Source: a virus | Lineage: Duplodnaviria; Caudoviricetes | Length of the DNA stretch: 64,000 bases | Virus record (IMG/VR): IMGVR_UViG_3300032280_000753 | Span: 64,001-128,000 of that record | Strand: one strand, 5' to 3' | Shown: piece after piece, positions 55,362 to 64,000 of the stretch | How positions within the stretch are numbered: the stretch's first letter is position 1 | Layout: every line of letters begins with the position of its first letter | Notes under the pieces: generated by a model | Told to the model about the DNA's origin: nothing | What the model saw: only the letters and a program-made list of their open reading frames with translations | Databases searched by the model: none | Made by a program: the position numbers and the translations under genes

Positions 55362-56290
55362 GAACCTCTACTCCATCCAGTATATGCTATGCTATCAGTT
55401 CCATAACGACCTTGTTCTGGTCCATATACAGAATATCCAGCAGTAGCCGATTTTTGAGTATACGTTTCTCTTATATCCTCGTCTAAATTGATATCCAACA
55501 ATTCAAGACGACTCAAGAAAGTTTGGTTAGAAACAGTATTTGGATTAATATTTAGTTGCTTAACTATTTCTTCATTTTCTGTATCGTCAAATGGATCGCC
55601 TAATCTTTGAACGAAATTAACATAACCTTCTATTATAATATCATCCTGTATTGGTCCATCGCCAATATACTGCTGTCCACCATCAAGAAACGGCGATGAT
55701 GTTAATGGTGCTTCATACGCAATAAACTGTAATATGCGATTATTAGATTGAACGGAATCGGAAGTTGGATTTCCGTCTTCAAGATTTCCTTTTGGACGAT
55801 GAACTGGAAAGGCACCTTCAATGTATGATGTTTCTGCTCTAAATGGAATAGTAAGAGGTTCCATAATGGCTTCTTGTCCCTGTTGCGGACCATCATTGAA
55901 ATATATTGGATAAGGATAATCGTTATTGCTTGTTATATATTGGATAGGATTGAAAGGAATAGTATTGTCATAATATTCCGTAGTATTTTCGTATTCTGTC
56001 CATGTTCGAGCTTCGCCATATGGAATAAACTCTTGTGGGCGATGCAGAAGATTTCCTGCCCAAAGCTTTGGTTGAGTAGACCCGTATACATGCACGGGCC
56101 GCCTCATTTCAACACCTTGTCGAAGTTTATCAAAAGCAGACGTATCCATTCCAGAACCCGACTGCGTGTATATTGCAATAACATCTTCAGGCATTGAACC
56201 AATGCGAAGCTGGGCTGGAGAAAACAAAGTGGAATCGTTATACGGCACGAATTCCGTTCCACTCAATCCTTGGGTTTCATTAAAAGACAT
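55358..56290 (-). CDS. hypothetical protein in the structural operon
   Basis: 310-aa ORF, ATGA-coupled. Confidence 0.75.
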   Translation of the reverse strand: MSFNETQGLSGTEFVPYNDSTLFSPAQLRIGSMPEDVIAIYTQSGSGMDTSAFDKLRQGVEMRRPVHVYGSTQPKLWAGNLLHRPQEFIPYGEARTWTEYENTTEYYDNTIPFNPIQYITSNNDYPYPIYFNDGPQQGQEAIMEPLTIPFRAETSYIEGAFPVHRPKGNLEDGNPTSDSVQSNNRILQFIAYEAPLTSSPFLDGGQQYIGDGPIQDDIIIEGYVNFVQRLGDPFDDTENEEIVKQLNINPNTVSNQTFLSRLELLDINLDEDIRETYTQKSATAGYSVYGPEQGRYGTDSIAYTGWSRGS

Positions 56291-56331
56291 ATGTCACCTG
56301 ATTATAGTATAGATATATTGCAGATCAATTT

Positions 56332-59300
56332 TTAATATTTAGCAAAAGTGGCTAAAAACATTTGCAACAATATTCTATCTCTAAGCCCAGTTCTATTACT
56401 ATCTCCAAGATATAGCTCGCTAAACAGATATTCGAACTTTGGGCGTTCAAGCATATGACTTTCAATAACAAAGTTTGTTCCAAAGAATTTCGTCTTTTTA
56501 GGAATTAATTGAGAAACAAATGTTCCTATATTGTTATCAAACCACTTATAAAATTCAAAGAATTGTTTTAAGTTTAGTTTGTCAGTTAATCTATTAAAAT
56601 AAACGTTTCTTAAATTTTCAAGTCCAGGATAATCTGGAGAGAATACCAACTCCGGAGCGCCGAGGATATTATCAAGCTCATCGAGGGTAGCAAATATATT
56701 TACTATATCTTGATTGAGAGCTTCAACAACGCTAAAGTCTATTGTAAATTTAGTGCTATCTGTAGGTTGTTCATTTCTTGGTATTTCATACACAGGAGCG
56801 ACTTGTGCCCATGGTGTAGACTGAACATTCTCATACTGTTCGAACGAACGAATACGGACTTTGTTTGTAGTGCTGGCTTCGTCAAATTTTGGAGAAATGA
56901 AACTGTAATAGTATCTTTCTGGATCTATAACTTGACGGCTATTTGGGAATAACGTTCCTGATAAATGCAAGTTGTTTTGTGAGAAATCAAATATGGTTAT
57001 AGCGCCCGAGCCATTTGATTGAGTAACTATTTGATCTGTATTTGCATCAATCCGTAAACGTTCCCAAGAACTACTCTTATTGGTTATAAAGTTAAAATTG
57101 GTAAGAGGATCTTGAACGCCAATAGATTTAAAGTTTCTAACGTGTTCGGGATATTCTTCTTCGCTGATGTTTTTGCTCCAAAACCTTATTTGAGAAACAT
57201 CGCCTTTAAAGTTTGTTTCTCTTGCTGTAGATGGTGCTATAGCAGGATCATTTAGAAATCTGCTTATGCTTGTATTGATAGAGCTGGAACCAATAACAAA
57301 GAAAGAACCACTACTGTTTGTTGCAGCAGATTTCTCATTCCATACGTTAATACCACCACCAGCAGAGTCATTAAACCAAGAACTTGTTACATAATTGTCA
57401 TATATTTCGCCATATATGTTTTTGACAACTCTCAAAAAATAAGAACTTGATATTACAGAGTTAAGTCCATCATCATTTCTTTGTTTTCCAAAAGAAATAT
57501 ACCACTTATCTCCATCAAATATATTTACTCCAGACATATAAAGTCTCATATATGGAGCAGCAACATTGTCATTTGGACGAACAAAAAGGGTAATAGAACT
57601 CGTTGTGGTGGAGGCATAGTCTAAGCTTCCGGAATAGGCTATTAGATTTGCTATTAATCCGCCGCTGGCAGCTAAACTGCTTCCTGTAGTTAGATATCTA
57701 ACTAAGCTTTGATTTGCATCATATCTTAGATTGGTTGGGAATTTGTATGTTGCCTCATAAGTCCATGAACCCGAAGTAAAAAGACCGTCGTTAGCAGTTC
57801 CAGTAATTTCTGGATATCCAGGTTCTATTCTGCTTGCTGAAAGATAAGGGCTTGTTACAAGACCGCCAGAAACAAAATTTAAAACCGATGCTATTTCGTT
57901 ACGTTTATCTCTTACGAAACCAAGATTTTGTTTTGTAGGTCCGCCATATTCTCTTATGCGGAAATTTTGATCTGGATCAATGCCAGTTGATCTAATGAAT
58001 GTTTTTACAGCGTGAACTGTTCCTTTTGATGTAACAATCTCTCTTAAATTGATCAATATTCTGCGCCATATTTGGTTCTGTATGTATTGCAAAGAATATT
58101 GATTAACCCCTGGAGTATCTTGGATATTTTGAGCATTTATAAATTGAGCTACGCTGGCACCGGTAAACATAGGAGGCAATTCAATACCTTGATTTCTTGC
58201 CAATTGCTGCAAAAACTGATCAGGCACAGTATCAATGTTATTATAATCAACAAATTGATTATCGGCAAAGGATTGTGTGTATAGCTTTATTTCATCAAAG
58301 AATTTAGCCCAAGTATATAGGAACAAAAGAAATACTTGTGTGTCTCCTAATCTTGTTGAGCGTGGATCAGTTCCGGAAGTTAAAGAATCTACAATCTCTC
58401 CTTCTTCCGTATCTAAAGCACTTTCAACTTGCCCTTCTAACAAATAATGTCTTGGAATTAACTTGGTTATAATGTTTGGATTCTCATTGTCATATATGCT
58501 TGCGCTTGTGTATAATGAAGTTCTATAGTTATAAACTTGTATTTGGTTTCCAAACATTATTGGACATAGTTCTAATTGTTCATATATAACCGGAGATGGT
58601 CCCGCTACGGAAGAAGTTGGCACCTGTCTAACATATGAACTGCGGTCACCACTTAAGTTTCCATGTAAGCTATTTGAAGATGCATCGATAACAATTGGCG
58701 CATTACTTCCAGATGGTTCATTAAACTTATAATATAGCTTTAGGTTTGAATCTGCAAATATTGACTTTTGATAATTGTTATAGATATCTTCTTTAGAACG
58801 AACTGAATGCCATATTCTTAAATCATCTAAAGCGCCGGACAAAGTATTTGTTGGAACATAACCGACTGTAGCTAAGGCGCTGCCAGAACCAATATATAAA
58901 TTGCTTGTAGTGTCTACTGTTTCAAATTCAACAGACATAGAACTTGAAGCATAATATTGTCCATTTAAATATGCATATATGCCATTATATCCTGGCGTTC
59001 TGTCCCAAACCCAAGCTACGTGGTTCCATTGTCCTTTTGTCAAAGAAACGCTTAATTGTTCATAAGCAGAACCTGAAGATATATAAAAACTGTTTGTTGC
59101 TAATGTGGTAGAGAGTGTTGAATTTAGTCCACTTAAAAATCCAAAAGAACCACTATGCTTGTCTAATACGACTTGATCGCTATTTGCTTGACTTGGAATA
59201 TATAACCAATACTCAATCGTCATAGGATTAAGTTTTGGATTGATTATATTTTTACCATCAGTAGTTTTTGATAAATTAACATATGCAGCGCCAGCTTGAT

Positions 59301-59763
59301 CTACTACGGTTACGTAAGTTCCATAAGCTATAGATGATGGTGCTACTGTTCCTGAGAAAAACAAATATCCTTTGTTTTTAGGATAATTATCATATATATA
59401 TTTCTCGTGTCCGGTTAGCTTATCAAGATATATTTCAGTCTCTTTTTGCGTCCCATCAAATGGATATCCATTTTGAATTTTATCAAATGCAACATTGACT
59501 TTTACTTGTGCAGAGTTGAAAAAAGTGTGATTGGAAAAATCTGACCAATCAACGTTAAGTTGTTGTGTCGAACGTAAACCGGTTTCCGGATCATTATAAC
59601 GAAATGAAGATGTATTATCGATGCTGGTATCTGATATTACTTTGGCTTCATATAAATTGAAGCTTACACTTTCATGAGCTTGATCTTGAACATTTCTTAC
59701 TATTATCGGTCTAAAAAGAGCTGGTGAATTTCTTTGTAGATTTCTTGTGTTATTAATAGGCAT
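56332..59763 (-). CDS. baseplate-associated protein with LamG-like domains
   Basis: TIEYW, QWNHVA, GALDDLRIW; SKGT..AV....R..G wedge-like motif; VIESHMLERPK. Confidence 0.75.
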   Translation of the reverse strand: MPINNTRNLQRNSPALFRPIIVRNVQDQAHESVSFNLYEAKVISDTSIDNTSSFRYNDPETGLRSTQQLNVDWSDFSNHTFFNSAQVKVNVAFDKIQNGYPFDGTQKETEIYLDKLTGHEKYIYDNYPKNKGYLFFSGTVAPSSIAYGTYVTVVDQAGAAYVNLSKTTDGKNIINPKLNPMTIEYWLYIPSQANSDQVVLDKHSGSFGFLSGLNSTLSTTLATNSFYISSGSAYEQLSVSLTKGQWNHVAWVWDRTPGYNGIYAYLNGQYYASSSMSVEFETVDTTSNLYIGSGSALATVGYVPTNTLSGALDDLRIWHSVRSKEDIYNNYQKSIFADSNLKLYYKFNEPSGSNAPIVIDASSNSLHGNLSGDRSSYVRQVPTSSVAGPSPVIYEQLELCPIMFGNQIQVYNYRTSLYTSASIYDNENPNIITKLIPRHYLLEGQVESALDTEEGEIVDSLTSGTDPRSTRLGDTQVFLLFLYTWAKFFDEIKLYTQSFADNQFVDYNNIDTVPDQFLQQLARNQGIELPPMFTGASVAQFINAQNIQDTPGVNQYSLQYIQNQIWRRILINLREIVTSKGTVHAVKTFIRSTGIDPDQNFRIREYGGPTKQNLGFVRDKRNEIASVLNFVSGGLVTSPYLSASRIEPGYPEITGTANDGLFTSGSWTYEATYKFPTNLRYDANQSLVRYLTTGSSLAASGGLIANLIAYSGSLDYASTTTSSITLFVRPNDNVAAPYMRLYMSGVNIFDGDKWYISFGKQRNDDGLNSVISSSYFLRVVKNIYGEIYDNYVTSSWFNDSAGGGINVWNEKSAATNSSGSFFVIGSSSINTSISRFLNDPAIAPSTARETNFKGDVSQIRFWSKNISEEEYPEHVRNFKSIGVQDPLTNFNFITNKSSSWERLRIDANTDQIVTQSNGSGAITIFDFSQNNLHLSGTLFPNSRQVIDPERYYYSFISPKFDEASTTNKVRIRSFEQYENVQSTPWAQVAPVYEIPRNEQPTDSTKFTIDFSVVEALNQDIVNIFATLDELDNILGAPELVFSPDYPGLENLRNVYFNRLTDKLNLKQFFEFYKWFDNNIGTFVSQLIPKKTKFFGTNFVIESHMLERPKFEYLFSELYLGDSNRTGLRDRILLQMFLATFAKY

Positions 59764-61367
59764 TATGGCATCACCTTAAATCGGAATCCGTTATTGCTAA
59801 TCAAATATTCCTTGCCACCATAAGTAATCATCAACTCAATTTCATAAACTTCCCCTTGTGCGAAGTCTTGCATCCAAATGTCAAAATACATTCCTTCGGC
59901 ATCATATGAACAAAGAGTAGCTCCATTGTCAAATGGAATAATAACCTTACGTGAATAAGCATTAATTAATCTCCATTTTAGATTATCTAAGATAATGCTC
60001 TTTGGCTGAAGAGCTAATCTACTTGCAGATTGTTCCGTGTTGTAGTCTAACACAAAGACACGTAATCTTGCCTGCTCAGAGGCTTTATATTGCTGTTTGA
60101 GATTGGTTATGTTGACTACCCAGTTCTCCTCTTCAACATTGCTTGGTGAGCCTTGTGGGAGCTTGTAGAGGGTCTTACCGGATGCATACGTAAGAGTGCT
60201 ATCTAAACTGGTCCATGCATATCTAAACTCTTGGCTTGTAGAACCGGTTAGGAAATTTTTTAGAGCCGTATTCTCTATCGTATTGAAGTTAACATCGGCT
60301 GAATATATACCGGTCTGTGGAACGCTACCAATTAGATACTGATTACCAAGGAAACTCTGAGTTATAGAATAAAGACTGCGAGTTAAATGATTGATACTGG
60401 CACTATGCGATATGGAGAAGCTGGAAGTTGTATATGTGATATACTTTGCACCATATAGATTTAGTAATAGACTATTGGCTCCGGTAATCTCCGTGCTACC
60501 AGAGAAGAAGTTTTGATAACCACCATTAATACGATTATAAGCAAACAAGCTTTGAGATACGTTAAAAAGGGTGTTACCCAAATCATCTCCTATTTGATCA
60601 TTATATTTGATAATAAGTTGTGGATGAAGGTCAGGATTTTTGGCTTGTTTAGAGCCAAATCTTTTTACGAAACGTGTTATGTTATCATTTTCTTGTGCAT
60701 CGATGAATGACAATCTCCAGCCATAGTTTGGGATTTGACCTGCTATAGCCGCACTAACAAGAGTAGTAACGTCTATATATAGATTTTCATCACCACGAGC
60801 AAACTGTTGAGTTACTGTTAAATCTTGTAATCCAGCGCCGAGATTGCCAGAAACTATTATATCAATATTTGGATTGCCAAGGGAACCGCTTTGTGCTGCT
60901 CCGGATAGAAACCAAACGTTTGGAGTGCCGGTAACGACGGAAGCAGTAAGGAAGTTCGCTGTATCCAAATCACGGAATGCCACAACATCAAAGCCCCTAC
61001 CTTCATCCCAGCTTTTAGAGAGCGCCATAAGCCTTATAGAGAAGTTTGAAGGGGTAGTTTGACCACCATATGCATCCTTCAAAGTAAGAAAGGCTTTAAA
61101 GCTCGTGTCGTTAATGTTTAGGAATGATGCAGTTATTTGTTGTAAAGGTTCATAATCAAATTGAAGAAGAAAACGACTTAATTCGATTACGCCACTTACT
61201 CGAGTTGAACCGCTATATACAGTTGTTTCATCATAAAGTTTAAACAGATCCAACGTTCCAGCTTGTCCTACGTTAGATGTAGTAGAAGGAGAACCTGCAA
61301 TTATTTTATTTGTGATATATGTGTCTTTGCTTGCTGATAATAATCTATACATAATATCACCTATCAA
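59763..61367 (-). CDS. probable baseplate/tail structural protein
   Basis: 534 aa; A.KDTYI, SRFLLQFD and SWDEG.G motifs; coupled to the wedge gene. Confidence 0.7.
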   Translation of the reverse strand: MIGDIMYRLLSASKDTYITNKIIAGSPSTTSNVGQAGTLDLFKLYDETTVYSGSTRVSGVIELSRFLLQFDYEPLQQITASFLNINDTSFKAFLTLKDAYGGQTTPSNFSIRLMALSKSWDEGRGFDVVAFRDLDTANFLTASVVTGTPNVWFLSGAAQSGSLGNPNIDIIVSGNLGAGLQDLTVTQQFARGDENLYIDVTTLVSAAIAGQIPNYGWRLSFIDAQENDNITRFVKRFGSKQAKNPDLHPQLIIKYNDQIGDDLGNTLFNVSQSLFAYNRINGGYQNFFSGSTEITGANSLLLNLYGAKYITYTTSSFSISHSASINHLTRSLYSITQSFLGNQYLIGSVPQTGIYSADVNFNTIENTALKNFLTGSTSQEFRYAWTSLDSTLTYASGKTLYKLPQGSPSNVEEENWVVNITNLKQQYKASEQARLRVFVLDYNTEQSASRLALQPKSIILDNLKWRLINAYSRKVIIPFDNGATLCSYDAEGMYFDIWMQDFAQGEVYEIELMITYGGKEYLISNNGFRFKVMP

Positions 61368-63205
61368 ACGGCTGTGCCGACAAGATCATAATCGGAATAT
61401 TTTAGTTCAAACATTGAACCTGGAGGTCCAAACACAATGCCACGACTGGTATTGGCTCTAATATCAAACTGTTGATCGGAATACAGTCTTCCATCCAAAA
61501 CATTATAAACATTGCCGACTTCTAAGTTGGTTACAGAAGCAACTCCTTCTGTGTTGAATATAATATTTTGTATGTCATTTATTACAATTGGTTGATCGAT
61601 TTCAAAGTTTTTAATGTTAAAGTAGTTTTTTAGTTTATTTAAGGTATTGCGAAGAACCAATTCTCTATTTTGTGTTGGATCTATAACAACGGTATATTTG
61701 ACCGTGACGTTAATTATTCTGGCATCTAAGATGTCTATAGCGTCACTTATAAGACGATATTCATTTAGATAACTGGCTAAGTTTTTCTTAAGAGTATCTG
61801 GAGCCACAATCAACTGATTATCTTGATTTCTACAAATAATAAAAAGCTGAGAAGACATAGGATTATTTGGATTTGGTTCTATAGCAGCTCTGAATACACG
61901 ACCAAAATTTGATGGAAGCGTATAAACACGAGCGAGCAAATCTTGTTTAGAGACAATACGATTTTGCATTCCTTGGAATGCAGGTATCTTACTCTTGAGT
62001 TCATTGGTAGTTGGAGGGTCTTCCCCACCAGAAGCAGCTTCAAGATTTATAACGTCAATTGAGTTTCTTACGTAAGCTGCAACAGTTGGATTTGGATTTT
62101 GCGGAAAAAATATATTAAGAGTAGATAACGAAGTAATTGTTTCCGCATCAACATTGTGCTCTAAGCCACCGCCAAATCGATACGTGATGTTTAATGTTGT
62201 ATTTTCTGATATTACTCCAAAGGTTGTTGTCTGCAACAAGTTGCCAGGATTTAAATTAAATCTGGCAAATGTTTTCTTACCGTAAAGAGGTAGAGAGTAT
62301 TCACTTGGATCTGGGATTATATCATCATTAATGGTGCTTGCAGAACCGCCTCCAAATATCAATGTCGTTGTTCTTGTTTGAAGCGCAGTGTTTTTTGTAA
62401 AACGATATGGAGCCGGAATTGGAACGATGTTTTCCGGAACAAGCTTGTTATCATAACTTAGATTTGTAACTCTTTTATATATTGTATCTTGAGTTAAAGA
62501 TTCAACTTCATAGTATTCATTACCCAACACGTCTGAAACGCTTATAACTTCAGTTACATTTGGGTTTGTTAATGCAATATTTCTATAGGGAATGAAAGTG
62601 CCAACCGAAAATGATTCAGTAATTCTTTTACCAGATATACATATTCCATTAAGACTAAGAATATAATTTTGTGGAATGTTATTTGCGTTAGTAGTGCCGA
62701 CCGCTACGGATGCGGCTAATGAACCATCAACACGACGAGAAGAGAAATCCAGATTTTCTGTTAATTCAAACTCGATACCGCTTGTTGATCTTATAATCGT
62801 GCCTTCTTTTATTATTGGCAACGATGTGATGTCTGGATTTCCAGTATTTGTTCCATCAGTAGGAACTCTTATATAAAAAGTAACACTAACAACGGCAGGA
62901 GCAGCACCTACGATTGGAACTCCCGCCTTCCTTAAATGTCTTTCTATATTATTTGGTTCAACAGAAGACTCTGGAAACGATTCGTGAAATTGATGATCCA
63001 AATAATAACTTTGAACGTCACCAACATAAGCAGCCATATCTAAAAGCAAGCCGCCTAAACTCGCTTCGGAAAAATCTCTGATATTATTAGGAAAGTAACT
63101 TCTGGCGTAATCTAATAAATCATTACGTAACGCATCGAAATCTTTATTAAGATACCGGCGCTGTCTTACTTGTTTTAATGCATTTTTTTTATTATCTTCA
63201 GCCAT
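61364..63205 (-). CDS. baseplate wedge protein (T4 gp6 / baseplate J-like)
   Basis: KDFDALRNDL..Y...YFP...DFSE.S.G..LLDMAAYVGD..SYYLD; FG.G; A.GGED...E; QNR.V...D. Confidence 0.88.
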   Translation of the reverse strand: MAEDNKKNALKQVRQRRYLNKDFDALRNDLLDYARSYFPNNIRDFSEASLGGLLLDMAAYVGDVQSYYLDHQFHESFPESSVEPNNIERHLRKAGVPIVGAAPAVVSVTFYIRVPTDGTNTGNPDITSLPIIKEGTIIRSTSGIEFELTENLDFSSRRVDGSLAASVAVGTTNANNIPQNYILSLNGICISGKRITESFSVGTFIPYRNIALTNPNVTEVISVSDVLGNEYYEVESLTQDTIYKRVTNLSYDNKLVPENIVPIPAPYRFTKNTALQTRTTTLIFGGGSASTINDDIIPDPSEYSLPLYGKKTFARFNLNPGNLLQTTTFGVISENTTLNITYRFGGGLEHNVDAETITSLSTLNIFFPQNPNPTVAAYVRNSIDVINLEAASGGEDPPTTNELKSKIPAFQGMQNRIVSKQDLLARVYTLPSNFGRVFRAAIEPNPNNPMSSQLFIICRNQDNQLIVAPDTLKKNLASYLNEYRLISDAIDILDARIINVTVKYTVVIDPTQNRELVLRNTLNKLKNYFNIKNFEIDQPIVINDIQNIIFNTEGVASVTNLEVGNVYNVLDGRLYSDQQFDIRANTSRGIVFGPPGSMFELKYSDYDLVGTAV

Positions 63206-63212
63206 ATTAATA

Positions 63213-63680
63213 TCACGTTATAAATAAACTTATTTCTAATAATTGCTCCGGAAAAGTGGAGACTTTATACGCAAGTATGATGTATATAACACCAGTATAT
63301 ACGTTTTGCGTTCTTTCAACTTTGGATTCATACCCTAATAAGTTAACAAATGGCATATATTTTCCAACAGTTGTCTTAATTCTACGCATCGCCTCCTGAT
63401 CAAAGTTGTCTTTATTGCTAAAATCAGTTAAAAGAGGACGAAGATTAGCTCCAAAATCATACATTGCTAATCTTTCTCCATGATTAGTTAGGATGATATT
63501 TCTTAAATTATCGCTCATTTGTTCAAGAAGACTATAGTTCATCTTGAATATCGATACAGAATTCCCTTCATCTAATTCTAATGGAGTTTTGATACCAAAT
63601 GGCGTGGGAGCAACTGACGCAACTATACTACGTTCAATTGAATTCTGTATCCCAACATCTTTAAAAGATAATCTCGCCAT
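63213..63680 (-). CDS. gp25/GPW-like baseplate (sheath initiator) protein
   Basis: NLRNIILTNHGER...DFG.NL and KYMPFV motifs. Confidence 0.88.
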   Translation of the reverse strand: MARLSFKDVGIQNSIERSIVASVAPTPFGIKTPLELDEGNSVSIFKMNYSLLEQMSDNLRNIILTNHGERLAMYDFGANLRPLLTDFSNKDNFDQEAMRRIKTTVGKYMPFVNLLGYESKVERTQNVYTGVIYIILAYKVSTFPEQLLEISLFIT

Positions 63681-63700
63681 ACTGGATTAAATATATGTCT

Positions 63701-63970
63701 TCATGGAATCCCAGGAGTATATGGAGCTATTCCTGGTGCTGTTACTACAACAACCCCGGTCCCTGCTCCTGTAAATGCTCCAGGCGTTACCAAAAACGTT
63801 TTCAATATTGTTAGCTCATTAATAACGTAAGACGCAACTGCTTCAGATATGGCGGTTGATATCATGTCTATCTGTGCATTACCGGCTCCCGTATTACCTT
63901 CAGCTTTACCAAGTTCAGATTGCAATATTGCTTTAATTGTATTTTTCATCGCCGCTTTTGACATAATCAT
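63701..63970 (-). CDS. small hypothetical protein of the baseplate region
   Basis: 89-aa ORF with GGAG SD. Confidence 0.65.
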   Translation of the reverse strand: MIMSKAAMKNTIKAILQSELGKAEGNTGAGNAQIDMISTAISEAVASYVINELTILKTFLVTPGAFTGAGTGVVVVTAPGIAPYTPGIP

Positions 63971-64000
63971 TCTCCATATATTTTTGTAGATTTGACCGTA

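Noticed and set aside
1-64000. Stop-codon reassignment
   Set aside because: The standard code gives dense, full-length genes; TAA, TAG and TGA all end genes at sensible junctions; no suppressor tRNA seen.

Overview
A 64-kb, AT-rich segment of a very large (jumbo/huge) myovirus-like dsDNA phage, read with the standard code. No rRNA, CRISPR array or integrase is visible. Bases ~1-24.7 kb form an accessory/host-takeover region. It holds GroEL, a Dps-like ferritin, a TrmH methyltransferase, initiation factor IF1, an amidoligase-GGCT operon, PurA, a Flp pilin, two HIGH-type nucleotidyltransferases, a tRNA nucleotidyltransferase fused to a second domain, LysRS, a deaminase, seven tRNAs (none encoding CCA) and two hairpin/pseudoknot-rich non-coding blocks among the tRNAs. 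Bases 24.7-35.3 kb carry packaging and DNA metabolism genes: terminase large subunit, fused Mre11-Rad50, primase, N6-A methylase, GIY-YIG, RuvC-like resolvase and a gp4/TnsA-like nuclease. Bases 35.4-64 kb are a minus-strand tail/baseplate operon (LamG, beta-propeller, gp6/J-like and gp25-like proteins). The best candidates for new biology are: (1) a translation-takeover module, with five sigma70-type promoters placed exactly 6 nt before ATG (leaderless mRNAs), phage IF1 and a variant initiator-like tRNA; (2) a possibly virion-packaged, protease-processed CCA-enzyme polyprotein; (3) unassigned structured RNAs in the tRNA cluster; (4) a GC-rich amidoligase with AT-hook/HTH features; (5) a 20-bp element repeated 34 kb apart at the same distance from two start codons. 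All family calls come from motif recognition by eye; no database search was run.
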